Notes under the pieces: generated by a model
The model's input: only the letters and a program-made list of their open reading frames with translations
Told to the model about the DNA's origin: nothing
The model's database searches: none
Shown here: in pieces, positions 48,340-57,374 of the stretch
Layout of the letters: every line of letters begins with the position of its first letter
Position numbering within the stretch: position 1 is the first letter of the stretch
Translations under genes and position numbers: made by a program
Source of the DNA: a virus
Lineage: Duplodnaviria > Caudoviricetes
Length of the DNA stretch: 64,000 bases
IMG/VR virus record: IMGVR_UViG_3300035180_001680
Direction: 5' to 3' (one strand)

Positions 48340-48489
48340 ATGAAATTATTAAAAGAACTTTCTAACTTGTATGAAAAAAGCGAAAAAGCCAGTGTGAACA
48401 AAAATGTGGCAGCTAAAGTATATCATAGAGATTATGTGAAAACCAAAACACGAAAGTATCGTAAATATAAACCCGAAGAAAACAAATAG
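48340..48489 (+). CDS. small basic protein (49 aa)
   Basis: My translation MKLLKELSNLYEKSEK...KYRKYKPEENK; hairpin follows at about 48509. Confidence 0.6.
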   Translation: MKLLKELSNLYEKSEKASVNKNVAAKVYHRDYVKTKTRKYRKYKPEENK

Positions 48490-48571
48490 ATCGAAATAAC
48501 GAAAATAAAAAGGGCACTCTGTTGCCCTTTTTGTGTTTATGATGTATATTCTTTAAAAGAGTAAGAAATAT

Positions 48572-48793
48572 ATGTGGAAGATACTTCGAGGGACATTTGA
48601 GTATGATTTGTTTTTGAAACATATTCAACAAACAGAACAAATAGCATCATGTTGTATTTTTAATTCACCCAAGGATTATCCCTGTCTCGTAAAACAGACA
48701 TATATAGAAGAAGCAGTTGTAGGAATAACGTTTGTGTACGTAACAGACGCGAAAGCGTTTATCAATATAGTTAACAATGGAGGTGTATTATGA
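48572..48793 (+). CDS. hypothetical protein
   Basis: Co-oriented ORF. Confidence 0.5.
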   Translation: MWKILRGTFEYDLFLKHIQQTEQIASCCIFNSPKDYPCLVKQTYIEEAVVGITFVYVTDAKAFINIVNNGGVL

Positions 48794-48825
48794 TGTAGAT
48801 TTGCAAAACTGGGCCACCATAAGAG

Positions 48826-49290
48826 TTGGTTGTAATTTATTGTACAATACAAAAACAACTTTTAACCTTATGGAGAATTATGATGAAATCAATTTTTGAA
48901 ACAAAAGAGCAGTACCTTCAATTTAAAGCTGTTTGGAAACAGGCAGCAAACACAAAAAAATTAACAGCTTTTCACTTCGCATTTTATTGTGCAGTTATGG
49001 GGAAAGATCCGTTTAAAGCATTCACTCCCGTTACAAACTTAAACAAATTAAAAAACAATTGTGGTAATTTTTCTTATTTTAATGTTGCAGATGTCTATTA
49101 TTCCGTAGTATCTATGGCAAAAATTGCAACACAAGAAAAAGTGTCTCACACTTTTACGCGTAATATTCAACCACTTTTTGGTGATATAATTACAGTAGAA
49201 ATGGTAGCTTCTTTATTACCTCGTTTGGAAGAAACGTTTAATGATATGATGAAACTTCACCCATACTATAATAAAGGACTTGTAATATGA
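48826..49290 (+). CDS. hypothetical protein
   Basis: Probable start MMKSIF after GGAG. Confidence 0.65.
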   Translation: MVVIYCTIQKQLLTLWRIMMKSIFETKEQYLQFKAVWKQAANTKKLTAFHFAFYCAVMGKDPFKAFTPVTNLNKLKNNCGNFSYFNVADVYYSVVSMAKIATQEKVSHTFTRNIQPLFGDIITVEMVASLLPRLEETFNDMMKLHPYYNKGLVI

Positions 49291-49625
49291 TAGAACCAAA
49301 AATTACAGAACAACAGATTCATCGCGCCGTTCGTAATATTTTGTTTAATGAACTTGGACTATCTCGTGAAGGAATTGAACAGATAGTTCGTGATGAAGTT
49401 GAAAAAATAACTGAACGAACATTAGAACACCACCTCCTTGGAGGTGGGTGGTTCTCTCAAAGAGTGTTATATTTCGTTACAAATATACTCAAAAATGGAT
49501 ATAGAAAATCTGAGTATCACCAAAGTAATATTTCATTTGAAGATTATATTATGCAAGAGGTTAAAGCTCAAGTTAAAGAACGAGTATTAAACAATTTTAA
49601 ATTTAAAATTGTATTGGAGGATTAA
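49287..49625 (+). CDS. hypothetical protein
   Basis: ATGA overlap with upstream stop. Confidence 0.65.
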   Translation: MIEPKITEQQIHRAVRNILFNELGLSREGIEQIVRDEVEKITERTLEHHLLGGGWFSQRVLYFVTNILKNGYRKSEYHQSNISFEDYIMQEVKAQVKERVLNNFKFKIVLED

Positions 49626-50085
49626 AATGATTAATTATACTTTAATTGGATATTTACCCAGTGCAGAAGGAAGTTGGTCTCGGTGTGGTTATTATGAACA
49701 AGATGAACAAGAATCCAATCTTGAAATTTATTATTTTCAAGATTCACATGAGGTCGTAAAGAAGTGGGGTGAAATGATGTATGCTTGGGAAAGTGCAAGA
49801 AGTTATCCTGAATTTACTCTTCTGTGTAATGGTTTGGATATGTCTGAAGCTGAATATGGTTCAACAGTGGAAAAAGAGTGGGATAAGATTTCGGCTGATG
49901 CACAAGAAGAGTGTTCGCGACTTCGTAAAGAAAAATTGGATAAAGATTCAAAAGTTCTTGAAGAGAAACGTTTAAAAGAAGAAGCAGAACAAGCAGTTCG
50001 AGATGAACAAAACCGGTTGGCAAAAGAAAAAAGAGAACGCGCAGAATTTGAAAGATTACAACAAAAATATGGATATGGGATATAA
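49609..50085 (+). CDS. hypothetical protein with coiled-coil C-terminus
   Basis: GGAGG RBS before MINY. Confidence 0.7.
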   Translation: MYWRIKMINYTLIGYLPSAEGSWSRCGYYEQDEQESNLEIYYFQDSHEVVKKWGEMMYAWESARSYPEFTLLCNGLDMSEAEYGSTVEKEWDKISADAQEECSRLRKEKLDKDSKVLEEKRLKEEAEQAVRDEQNRLAKEKRERAEFERLQQKYGYGI

Positions 50086-50087
50086 TA

Positions 50088-50365
50088 ATGAAAACAGAAT
50101 ATACACAAAATCAACACCCAATTGAGTTATTAAAGAACTCAATCTGTGCTTTGTTTGGGTAAATTCTGTACTTAAACGAAATCATAAATAGTTTATTATA
50201 TCACTTGTATTCATATATATGTATGTTAATTCATTCGAAGCATTTGGATATTTTGCTTGTTAAGTTGGAGACGCAAGCAGAGAAACAATTCAGCGTTATA
50301 TTGAAACTCAAGGTGGTCGTCCACAACTAATTCATCCCAGATGTTGAAGCATCTGGGGTTTTCTT
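50088..50365 (+). mobile_element. decayed IS200/IS605-family tnpA remnant with end hairpin
   Basis: GYFAC*VGDASRETIQRYIETQ matches the Y1 transposase C-terminus; TTCATCCCAGATG ttgaag CATCTGGGGTTTTCTT end. Confidence 0.75.
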
Positions 50366-50558
50366 AGTTGAGAGATTGATAAATACATAAAATACTCGGT
50401 GTATTATATGGAAATAAAAGAAAAAAAGTTAACACAGATAGTCATTACACAACAAAAATATATAAAAGACTTGGAAAGAAGACTTCGTATTGAACGTAGG
50501 AAGTCTTCTTCTCTTGAATTAAAAGTATCACAAATAACTAGAAAAAAGGAGTCCTAAC

Positions 50559-51014
50559 ATGAGTGGAACGTTAATAATGAAAATGGTGTTTAAATTTGTT
50601 GCTGATTATTGGCAAATAATTGTATTGGCTTTACTTGTTATATTCCTCTTTTTCTATTGGCATAACAGAACAAAGTTAATCGAGGACCAACAATCACAAA
50701 TTTCAACTTTAACAACGGATCTTGCTACGGAAAAAACAAACTGTAAAAGAGACAAACAGTTATTAGTTGAACAAATAACACAACAAAATGTTGCTATTCA
50801 GGCATTCCAAAATCAGGTAAACAATAACCAACATAAACTTGATCAAGTAAACAGTGATATCATTAGAATGCGTAAGGCGTATGGTAAAGAAATGGATAGC
50901 ATATTCGCTGAAACTACTCCAAAAGATTGTTCTGCAGCAATTAAATATTTGATTGACGCAGCAGGAAGTTTCGATGAAAGTAAATCATATAAACCTGTGG
51001 GAGAGAAAAAATGA
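50559..51014 (+). CDS. inner-membrane spanin (Rz-like)
   Basis: N-terminal TM helix followed by coiled coil; overlaps the lipoprotein gene. Confidence 0.75.
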   Translation: MSGTLIMKMVFKFVADYWQIIVLALLVIFLFFYWHNRTKLIEDQQSQISTLTTDLATEKTNCKRDKQLLVEQITQQNVAIQAFQNQVNNNQHKLDQVNSDIIRMRKAYGKEMDSIFAETTPKDCSAAIKYLIDAAGSFDESKSYKPVGEKK

Positions 51015-51397
51015 GATATTTTTTATTTGTTTTTACATTATTTATTTTGGTGGGATGTGGTAACAATCCTCAAAAACCCGATCCAACAATTCAAAACGTT
51101 TCAGTAGATAAGCCCATTTTATATTGTCCAAATCCACCAGATGTTTCTTTGGGTCGGTTAGTGACGTCTGATTTAAGTCCAGCAGATATAAGTGAACCAG
51201 GTAAAGTTGCTAAATATTATAAAGCTGTTGTGATTCAATTGCTCGGTGAAATTCATTCGAGAGATGTAATAATTCAAGCTTATAAGGATTTACAACATGT
51301 ACAAAATGTAAATCCAGCATTAAAACCAACAGACATAAATGCTTTATTTAATGAAAGTATAAAAAACGAAATTGATAGTACCAAGAAAAGTAATTAG
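51011..51397 (+). CDS. outer-membrane spanin lipoprotein (Rz1-like)
   Basis: Lipobox LVGC, Pro-rich. Confidence 0.75.
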   Translation: MRYFLFVFTLFILVGCGNNPQKPDPTIQNVSVDKPILYCPNPPDVSLGRLVTSDLSPADISEPGKVAKYYKAVVIQLLGEIHSRDVIIQAYKDLQHVQNVNPALKPTDINALFNESIKNEIDSTKKSN

Positions 51398-51420
51398 TTT
51401 TATATGAGGAACGGTTTAAT

Positions 51421-51966
51421 ATGAATTTTATTGATTTTATTTCAGAAGGTGTGGCAAAAACATTCGATGATTTTGACACATGGTCGAAAGCTGTTCGGTC
51501 ACTTGGAGCCAAGAGTTTGGTTTTGTCTGCTAATAAACGAAAACGTATCGCAATAAGCGATATTACTATTCCATTATTGAAAAAGTTCGGAGAGTGGGAT
51601 GAAAAACATGAAGAAGGTGTTACGTTTTCAATCCGTTTACCTGTGAGACGAGAAGAACTTTCAGTTAGTTCTGTTGTTCCTTTAAAAGAAAGTGATGACG
51701 TTGAAGATCAAATTCCATATGGGAAAAATGAAGAAATTCGAAAACTAATTAAGAAGGGAGCTATGGACCCTGATCATGAATGGAAAGATGCACTCGATTT
51801 GGTCCACAGAGCATATGAAGTTGCTGATGTTGAACGTCCTGTCCCCTCTATGAGAGATGCTTGGGAGCAGTATGAAGCCAATTTACTATATTCAGTTCAG
51901 ATGTTACAGAAAGCAACTGATAAAGGAATTCGAAGCGATAGTTGGAAATCAATATTCGACTCATAA
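51421..51966 (+). CDS. probable virion-internal protein
   Basis: N-terminus MNFIDFISE resembles the T4 capsid targeting sequence. Confidence 0.7.
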   Translation: MNFIDFISEGVAKTFDDFDTWSKAVRSLGAKSLVLSANKRKRIAISDITIPLLKKFGEWDEKHEEGVTFSIRLPVRREELSVSSVVPLKESDDVEDQIPYGKNEEIRKLIKKGAMDPDHEWKDALDLVHRAYEVADVERPVPSMRDAWEQYEANLLYSVQMLQKATDKGIRSDSWKSIFDS

Positions 51967-51992
51967 ATAAATTAACAAACTCGGAGTAAAAT

Positions 51993-53525
51993 ATGTCTCT
52001 TATTAATGACCTTTCAAAATTGGCTGGTGTTCAAATCAAAAAAACAACAAAATTAAAAACGGAATCTGTGGAACCTGATAAAGATTTCTCTCCAGAAGAG
52101 ATGAAGTTTGTCCGTCACGCTGTTGTTCAAACGTTAAAATATCTTGAGAGAGAAGCTCGAAATGCACAACGACCTTCTTTAACAAAACTATACAAACAAG
52201 ATGCTGATGACTATGATCATATTCTTGAATTGGTTATGCAAGGCCACAGGGATGCTGCAAAAAGAGCATGGGCTAATTTAGATACAGGCTCGAAAGATCA
52301 TATATTTGATGTAGTAAAAGATTCTGAAGCTCGAACTGTTGTTGCAAAATACCTTGGTGCGAAGTTGTTACACGAGAGTGAACAATTTTTGAAAGAATCA
52401 GAAAACAAAGAATTTTGTGTTGTTCTTGATGCTACAGAAAATTCTACGTTCGGGGACGTATATGCTGAAGTTACGGCATCCCAACTTAAAAATATTATTA
52501 TTGGTACACCTAAAGATAAGTTGGGGGAGATTTCTATTTTTCCAATATCCCAGAAAAAACAAGCCCAGGATTTAGCACAAAATCGTCTTCATGATTCAAA
52601 ACTTGCTCCTGAAGATGAAGAAGAATATGATAATGCCCAACACACTAAAAAGGAATCGTTAGATTTGGAAACGTTAAATCAGCTTAATGAGATATCCAAA
52701 AAGACGTTAAGTTCATATATCAAAAAAGCTGTTGATGATGTTTCGTATAATTCATTTACAGCAGGTGAAATGAGTCCCAGAAACCCTGCTAGACCAAAGG
52801 TTGATAAAAAAGCGTTTAAACGTCAAGCAGGAATTGAAAAGGCTGTCGATAAGTTAACCAAGGAATCTGTGAATCCAACGAATCATATGGGAGAAAGAAC
52901 TTTTCAAACATTTGCTGGATGGAAAAAAGCTTGTAAACAAGTTAATTCGGAAGTTTGGTTTGACGGTGACGCAGACATAGCTCAAGCTATGGTTGGACCA
53001 AAACCATACAAGAGAGGTGAAACAAAATCGATTGGAGAGTGGGATGGAGCAGAAGGTTCAATTTACAATTTAAACGAAAATGATGAACCAAAAGTTTCTC
53101 AACTTGATGATGAACAAGGGGACTTGGAAAAACAAGCCGAAACAAAACCAGAAACCGAAAAAGTGCCTTCTGAAGTCACAAAAGATTTAGGTGAAAAGAT
53201 TAAAGAAATTAAATTTAAAATTGAACACCTTTCACATATAGACCCAACATATCAGTCACAGGGATATTGGGTTCAGTTTGTTATTGAACTTGAAAAAATT
53301 ATGGACATGTTAAAGTTAGGAACAGATGAAGCATTTAAAGAGGTAGCGACAAAACTTCAGTCCTATGAAAATGTTGCTCTTGCAGAAATACCTGATAGTT
53401 TGTGGAAGTTCTTGTCTGTTGATATGTATAAATCTCCTGAACAGAGAAAATCTGTTCCACTTACAAAGATATTCCGTGAAGTTAAGTATGGTAAGGATAA
53501 CAATTATGTTAAAACAAGCACTTAA
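51993..53525 (+). CDS. probable head/internal protein, multi-module
   Basis: CATAAATA upstream; repeated xxE|S sites and LNEISKKTLSSYIKKA. Confidence 0.75.
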   Translation: MSLINDLSKLAGVQIKKTTKLKTESVEPDKDFSPEEMKFVRHAVVQTLKYLEREARNAQRPSLTKLYKQDADDYDHILELVMQGHRDAAKRAWANLDTGSKDHIFDVVKDSEARTVVAKYLGAKLLHESEQFLKESENKEFCVVLDATENSTFGDVYAEVTASQLKNIIIGTPKDKLGEISIFPISQKKQAQDLAQNRLHDSKLAPEDEEEYDNAQHTKKESLDLETLNQLNEISKKTLSSYIKKAVDDVSYNSFTAGEMSPRNPARPKVDKKAFKRQAGIEKAVDKLTKESVNPTNHMGERTFQTFAGWKKACKQVNSEVWFDGDADIAQAMVGPKPYKRGETKSIGEWDGAEGSIYNLNENDEPKVSQLDDEQGDLEKQAETKPETEKVPSEVTKDLGEKIKEIKFKIEHLSHIDPTYQSQGYWVQFVIELEKIMDMLKLGTDEAFKEVATKLQSYENVALAEIPDSLWKFLSVDMYKSPEQRKSVPLTKIFREVKYGKDNNYVKTST

Positions 53526-53805
53526 AATTGTAGAAGGTAAATATCTTGTTGAGACAGAAGAAGAAGAAAAATACGAAGAACAGAAAAAAGTTTATGGAAA
53601 AACCTTTGTTTTGGAAGGCTTTAAAGTTGATGATATCGTTATTCCAAATGTTGGACCTCATAAAGGAATTAAACATAATGTTGTGGACGTCTTCGAAGAT
53701 GGTTCATTAACAATTGAACCTGTTGGACTTTTGAAGAAAAATGTTCGGTATGTAAATGGTATTGTGGTAGCTGCACCAGAACAAGTTAGAAAAATTGATG
53801 AATAA
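53506..53805 (+). CDS. hypothetical protein
   Basis: AAGGA RBS, MLKQALKIVE; frame stays open after the TAA. Confidence 0.65.
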   Translation: MLKQALKIVEGKYLVETEEEEKYEEQKKVYGKTFVLEGFKVDDIVIPNVGPHKGIKHNVVDVFEDGSLTIEPVGLLKKNVRYVNGIVVAAPEQVRKIDE

Positions 53806-54045
53806 TCTAAAGATGCGTTTGTTTTTACAGTAAAAGATGGTAGTAAAGTAGTTGGAACATTAACTCTTTCAGGAATAGAAGCATCATATTACAACATCGA
53901 TGGAAACCTTGGTGCTCGAGGGTGGGAAGTTCAACTCAAATCTCTTCCAGCTAAACTGAAAAAATCTATAAAATAAATACGTTGACATTTTGTGCTTTGT
54001 TGGGGTATTGTGAAAATAACACTTACAAACTACCTCCTTAAAGAA

Positions 54046-54417
54046 ATGTATATAGCACTCGTGTTGGATGAACGATCCAGGAAAATGTTGAAGGTTGACT
54101 TTCCGCCAAAATATGGTGACTTTATAGGTCATCACATAACACTTGATTTTGGTGTTCCAAAAAACACTCCTTTGCCAAAACATCAACATAAGACAGAAGT
54201 TGTTGGATATGCTGATGATGACAAAGGCATAGAAGCGTTGGTGGTTTCTGTTAATGGGAAAGTACAAAGACCAGATGGTAGTTTATATCATATTACTTGG
54301 TCGTTAGATCGTTCCAAGGGGTATAAACCTGTGGATTCAAATAAATTGTTGACAAATGGGTACAGAACACTGGATAATCCCGTATTGTTGAAATCAAAAG
54401 TTGAATTACTTAGGTAA
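54046..54417 (+). CDS. 2H phosphoesterase-family protein
   Basis: Two HxT motifs: GHHITL and YHITWS. Confidence 0.8.
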   Translation: MYIALVLDERSRKMLKVDFPPKYGDFIGHHITLDFGVPKNTPLPKHQHKTEVVGYADDDKGIEALVVSVNGKVQRPDGSLYHITWSLDRSKGYKPVDSNKLLTNGYRTLDNPVLLKSKVELLR

Positions 54418-54583
54418 GTAGACCTTTCTCCACCTGTACCCAGCATACGGTTTTTCTGCTTTTGTTATAAAAATAATGTTTCATCTTCTGTGTTGATTTT
54501 TTGCTTTGTTCGGTTAGAATAAACATTCATTAAATCCTTTACAATTTTAAGTATTTGCAAATCAAATAGAAAGGCGTCCATAT

Positions 54584-55075
54584 ATGTTACTAAAAGAATT
54601 TTCACAACAAAAACGACAAGTTAAAATCTGGTGTGATTTGGATGGTTGCCTTTGCGCTTTTGACGCAGGTGTAAAGAAACTCACCGGAAAACTGCCCTCT
54701 GAACTTGCAAAGAAAGATATGTGGGAAGCGATTTACAGCATTCCTGACTTCTTTTCTACGCTTGATTGGGAACCTGATGGTAAAGCACTTTGGAATGCAA
54801 TCAAGACGTATCATCCGACTATTCTTACTGGCCTACCAACAAGCAGGAACGGGAAAATGCAAAAAGAAGAATGGTGTAAAATCCATCTCGGTGAAAACGT
54901 TCCTGTAATCGTGTGTCCATCAAAAGATAAACACCTCTATGCAAAAGATGGATTTATTTTAATAGACGACCGGAATGATAATATAGAAGCTTGGAAACAT
55001 GCTGGTGGTATTGGAATTCTTCATCGAACCACCAAACACACTTTGGATGAGTTGGAGGATATTTTAAACAAATAG
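54584..55075 (+). CDS. HAD-family 5'(3')-nucleotidase-like protein
   Basis: WCDLDGCL, ILTG, K, LIDDR. Confidence 0.85.
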   Translation: MLLKEFSQQKRQVKIWCDLDGCLCAFDAGVKKLTGKLPSELAKKDMWEAIYSIPDFFSTLDWEPDGKALWNAIKTYHPTILTGLPTSRNGKMQKEEWCKIHLGENVPVIVCPSKDKHLYAKDGFILIDDRNDNIEAWKHAGGIGILHRTTKHTLDELEDILNK

Positions 55076-55167
55076 TGTTTTCTTTTTGATCATAAATAAA
55101 TGAAACTGATATTATAATACCGGAATTATCAGTTTCATTTTTTGTGAACCGGCACAGAGGAAAAACA

Positions 55168-56580
55168 ATGTCAACATATACACTTTATTGGGCAGATAGT
55201 TCCAAACCCCCCATCGTCATTCCTGATCAAACAATCGATTTGTCTTCCACCAGTTTTAAATTATATGGTCGTGGTGCGAGAAGTTATGGTGAAGGAACTC
55301 AAGAAAATTTACTTCGATTACTAGAAAATTTTGCTTATAATATACCTCCTTTACATCCAACAGCCGGACAAATGTGGTTTAACACTGTTGATGGAACATA
55401 CACAAGAGGTCTAAAAGTTTGGGATGACCAAATTGGTCCAACGGGTGATTGGACTACTCCTTCAAATTTAGACATGTCAGCCATTCAATCTCTAATAAAT
55501 GCGAAAGTGTCTAAAGCTGGCGATACAATGACTGGTTTTTTGACATTAAATGCAGATCCTGTTTCAAACCTTCAAGCAGCAACAAAACAATATGTTGATA
55601 CAAAACAACCAGCTTTGGGGTTTACTCCTGTAAATAAAGCTGGCGATACAATGACTGGTTTGCTTACATTGTCGGGTGATCCAACAACGAATCTTCAAGC
55701 TGCTACGAAACAATATGTAGATTCATCAAATTATGTTTTACCAATATCAACCGGTTCTGTGTTGGGGGGAGTTAAAGTTGGTTCTAATATTACGGAATCT
55801 GGTGATGGGACAATTTCGTTAACTCCGACTAATGTTATTTCAGCTTTAGGATTTACTCCTGGACCTGTATATACATACACTCTACCGATCGCTTCTAGTT
55901 CTGTATTAGGCGGAATTAAGGTTGGAACGGGTTTATCGATTGACCCTTCAGGAATTTTAAGCATAACACCACCAACAACAACAACACAAGATTTCCTAGA
56001 TACCTATACACTGATTTATAATTTTAACACAGCTAACCCTGCAATTGTTGCTCCCGTTCCCATTATCTTACCAAATACCCCACGTGCAAATGGTATATAT
56101 ACAACAGTTACCTTATACGGAACCACATACACGTATTATTTGTTATTCTACGATTCTTTTATCTCTAGAGGGAACTATGGTGCTAATCTAATGTATGGCG
56201 TGACACAGACCACGACTGGGTCTTTTGATATTCAGACTATTTCAACCACTTGGTATAATGCAGGACCTGCTCAAATAGTTTTAGTAAATTATAGCAGTAG
56301 TAAAACGTTAACGATCCAATTAGATGTTACGTTTATAACTAATACTGATGATACAGCAATAATGGATGTATATGCTGGTTCAACATTAATTGATCAGATT
56401 GTATCAGGTGGAGCGGGCCAAACTTGGAGAGTATTCTCAAGAACATACACCCAAACACTTCCACCAAGTTCGAAACAAACATTCAGTGTGTCAGCTACCG
56501 TTAGTGGTGGTAGTGACTATAGCGGAGCAGACCTCGTAGGTATTCCACTTTTAAAAGCATCCTACGTTTCGTTAATATAA
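55168..56580 (+). CDS. tail/baseplate-associated fibre-like structural protein
   Basis: ENLLRLLENFA; two GDTMTG.LTL..DP..NLQAATKQYVD repeats shared with the long fibre; LGGVKVG x2. Confidence 0.75.
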   Translation: MSTYTLYWADSSKPPIVIPDQTIDLSSTSFKLYGRGARSYGEGTQENLLRLLENFAYNIPPLHPTAGQMWFNTVDGTYTRGLKVWDDQIGPTGDWTTPSNLDMSAIQSLINAKVSKAGDTMTGFLTLNADPVSNLQAATKQYVDTKQPALGFTPVNKAGDTMTGLLTLSGDPTTNLQAATKQYVDSSNYVLPISTGSVLGGVKVGSNITESGDGTISLTPTNVISALGFTPGPVYTYTLPIASSSVLGGIKVGTGLSIDPSGILSITPPTTTTQDFLDTYTLIYNFNTANPAIVAPVPIILPNTPRANGIYTTVTLYGTTYTYYLLFYDSFISRGNYGANLMYGVTQTTTGSFDIQTISTTWYNAGPAQIVLVNYSSSKTLTIQLDVTFITNTDDTAIMDVYAGSTLIDQIVSGGAGQTWRVFSRTYTQTLPPSSKQTFSVSATVSGGSDYSGADLVGIPLLKASYVSLI

Positions 56581-56590
56581 GGGAGATAAA

Positions 56591-56923
56591 ATGAATTTAT
56601 TTGCAAACATTAGAGATTCAGTGGTAGTTGGATTAATAAAGACCAACGATGATACTTGGTATGACGCTATTTTGGTAACCGAAGGAACAGATGTGAAAGA
56701 GGGATATTTGTATCAAAATGGAACGTTCATAGCACCCCTTAAAACACAAGCGTCTAATGCACTCGCTGCATCAGACCTCGTGGTTATTAGGTGTTATTCA
56801 TCATCTATTCCCGTACCTTCTGAATGGAATACATATAGAAATAGTTTACGAGGAATAGTAAACGGAACAGATACAACGAGTACAGTTCTTCCAACTCGAC
56901 CTTCTTATCCACCAGGAACATAA
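56591..56923 (+). CDS. tail fibre assembly-like protein
   Basis: EWNTYRNSLRGI...LPTRPSYP. Confidence 0.65.
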   Translation: MNLFANIRDSVVVGLIKTNDDTWYDAILVTEGTDVKEGYLYQNGTFIAPLKTQASNALAASDLVVIRCYSSSIPVPSEWNTYRNSLRGIVNGTDTTSTVLPTRPSYPPGT

Positions 56924-56926
56924 TAT

Positions 56927-57256
56927 ATGAATTATAAACTTTATATTGATGATATTCGAACACCTAACGACAAAAATGATTGGGTAATCGCTCGTTCGTC
57001 TGAAAAAGCTATAAGTTTAATAAAGAACTTGGGGTTCCCATCAATAATAAGTTTTGATCATGATTTGGGTGAAGATGATACTGCGATGAAAGTAGCAAAG
57101 TGGATTGTAAACACAGATTTAGATAAAGAAGAACAAGGGAAACGAGACTGGATTCCTTCTAATTTTAAATTTTTTGTCCACTCAGCAAACCCAACCGGAA
57201 AAGCAAACATCGAGGGGTTATTAAATTCATATTTAAAACACAAGAGAGGTAATTGA
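56927..57256 (+). CDS. cyclic-phosphate-processing receiver-domain protein
   Basis: LYIDDIR, ISFDHDLG, HSANPTG. Confidence 0.8.
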   Translation: MNYKLYIDDIRTPNDKNDWVIARSSEKAISLIKNLGFPSIISFDHDLGEDDTAMKVAKWIVNTDLDKEEQGKRDWIPSNFKFFVHSANPTGKANIEGLLNSYLKHKRGN

Positions 57257-57374
57257 AATAATATAAAAAGGGGAAATAAATAATCCCCTTTTTATTTTGT
57301 TTACTTTAACACAATTATCTAATATAATCGTAATCAGAAATACAAAATAACACATCACGCAGGAGATCGTTCGA

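Noticed and set aside
7526-53805. Stop-codon reassignment
   Set aside because: Interruptions involve all three stop codons, and all three also end normal genes.
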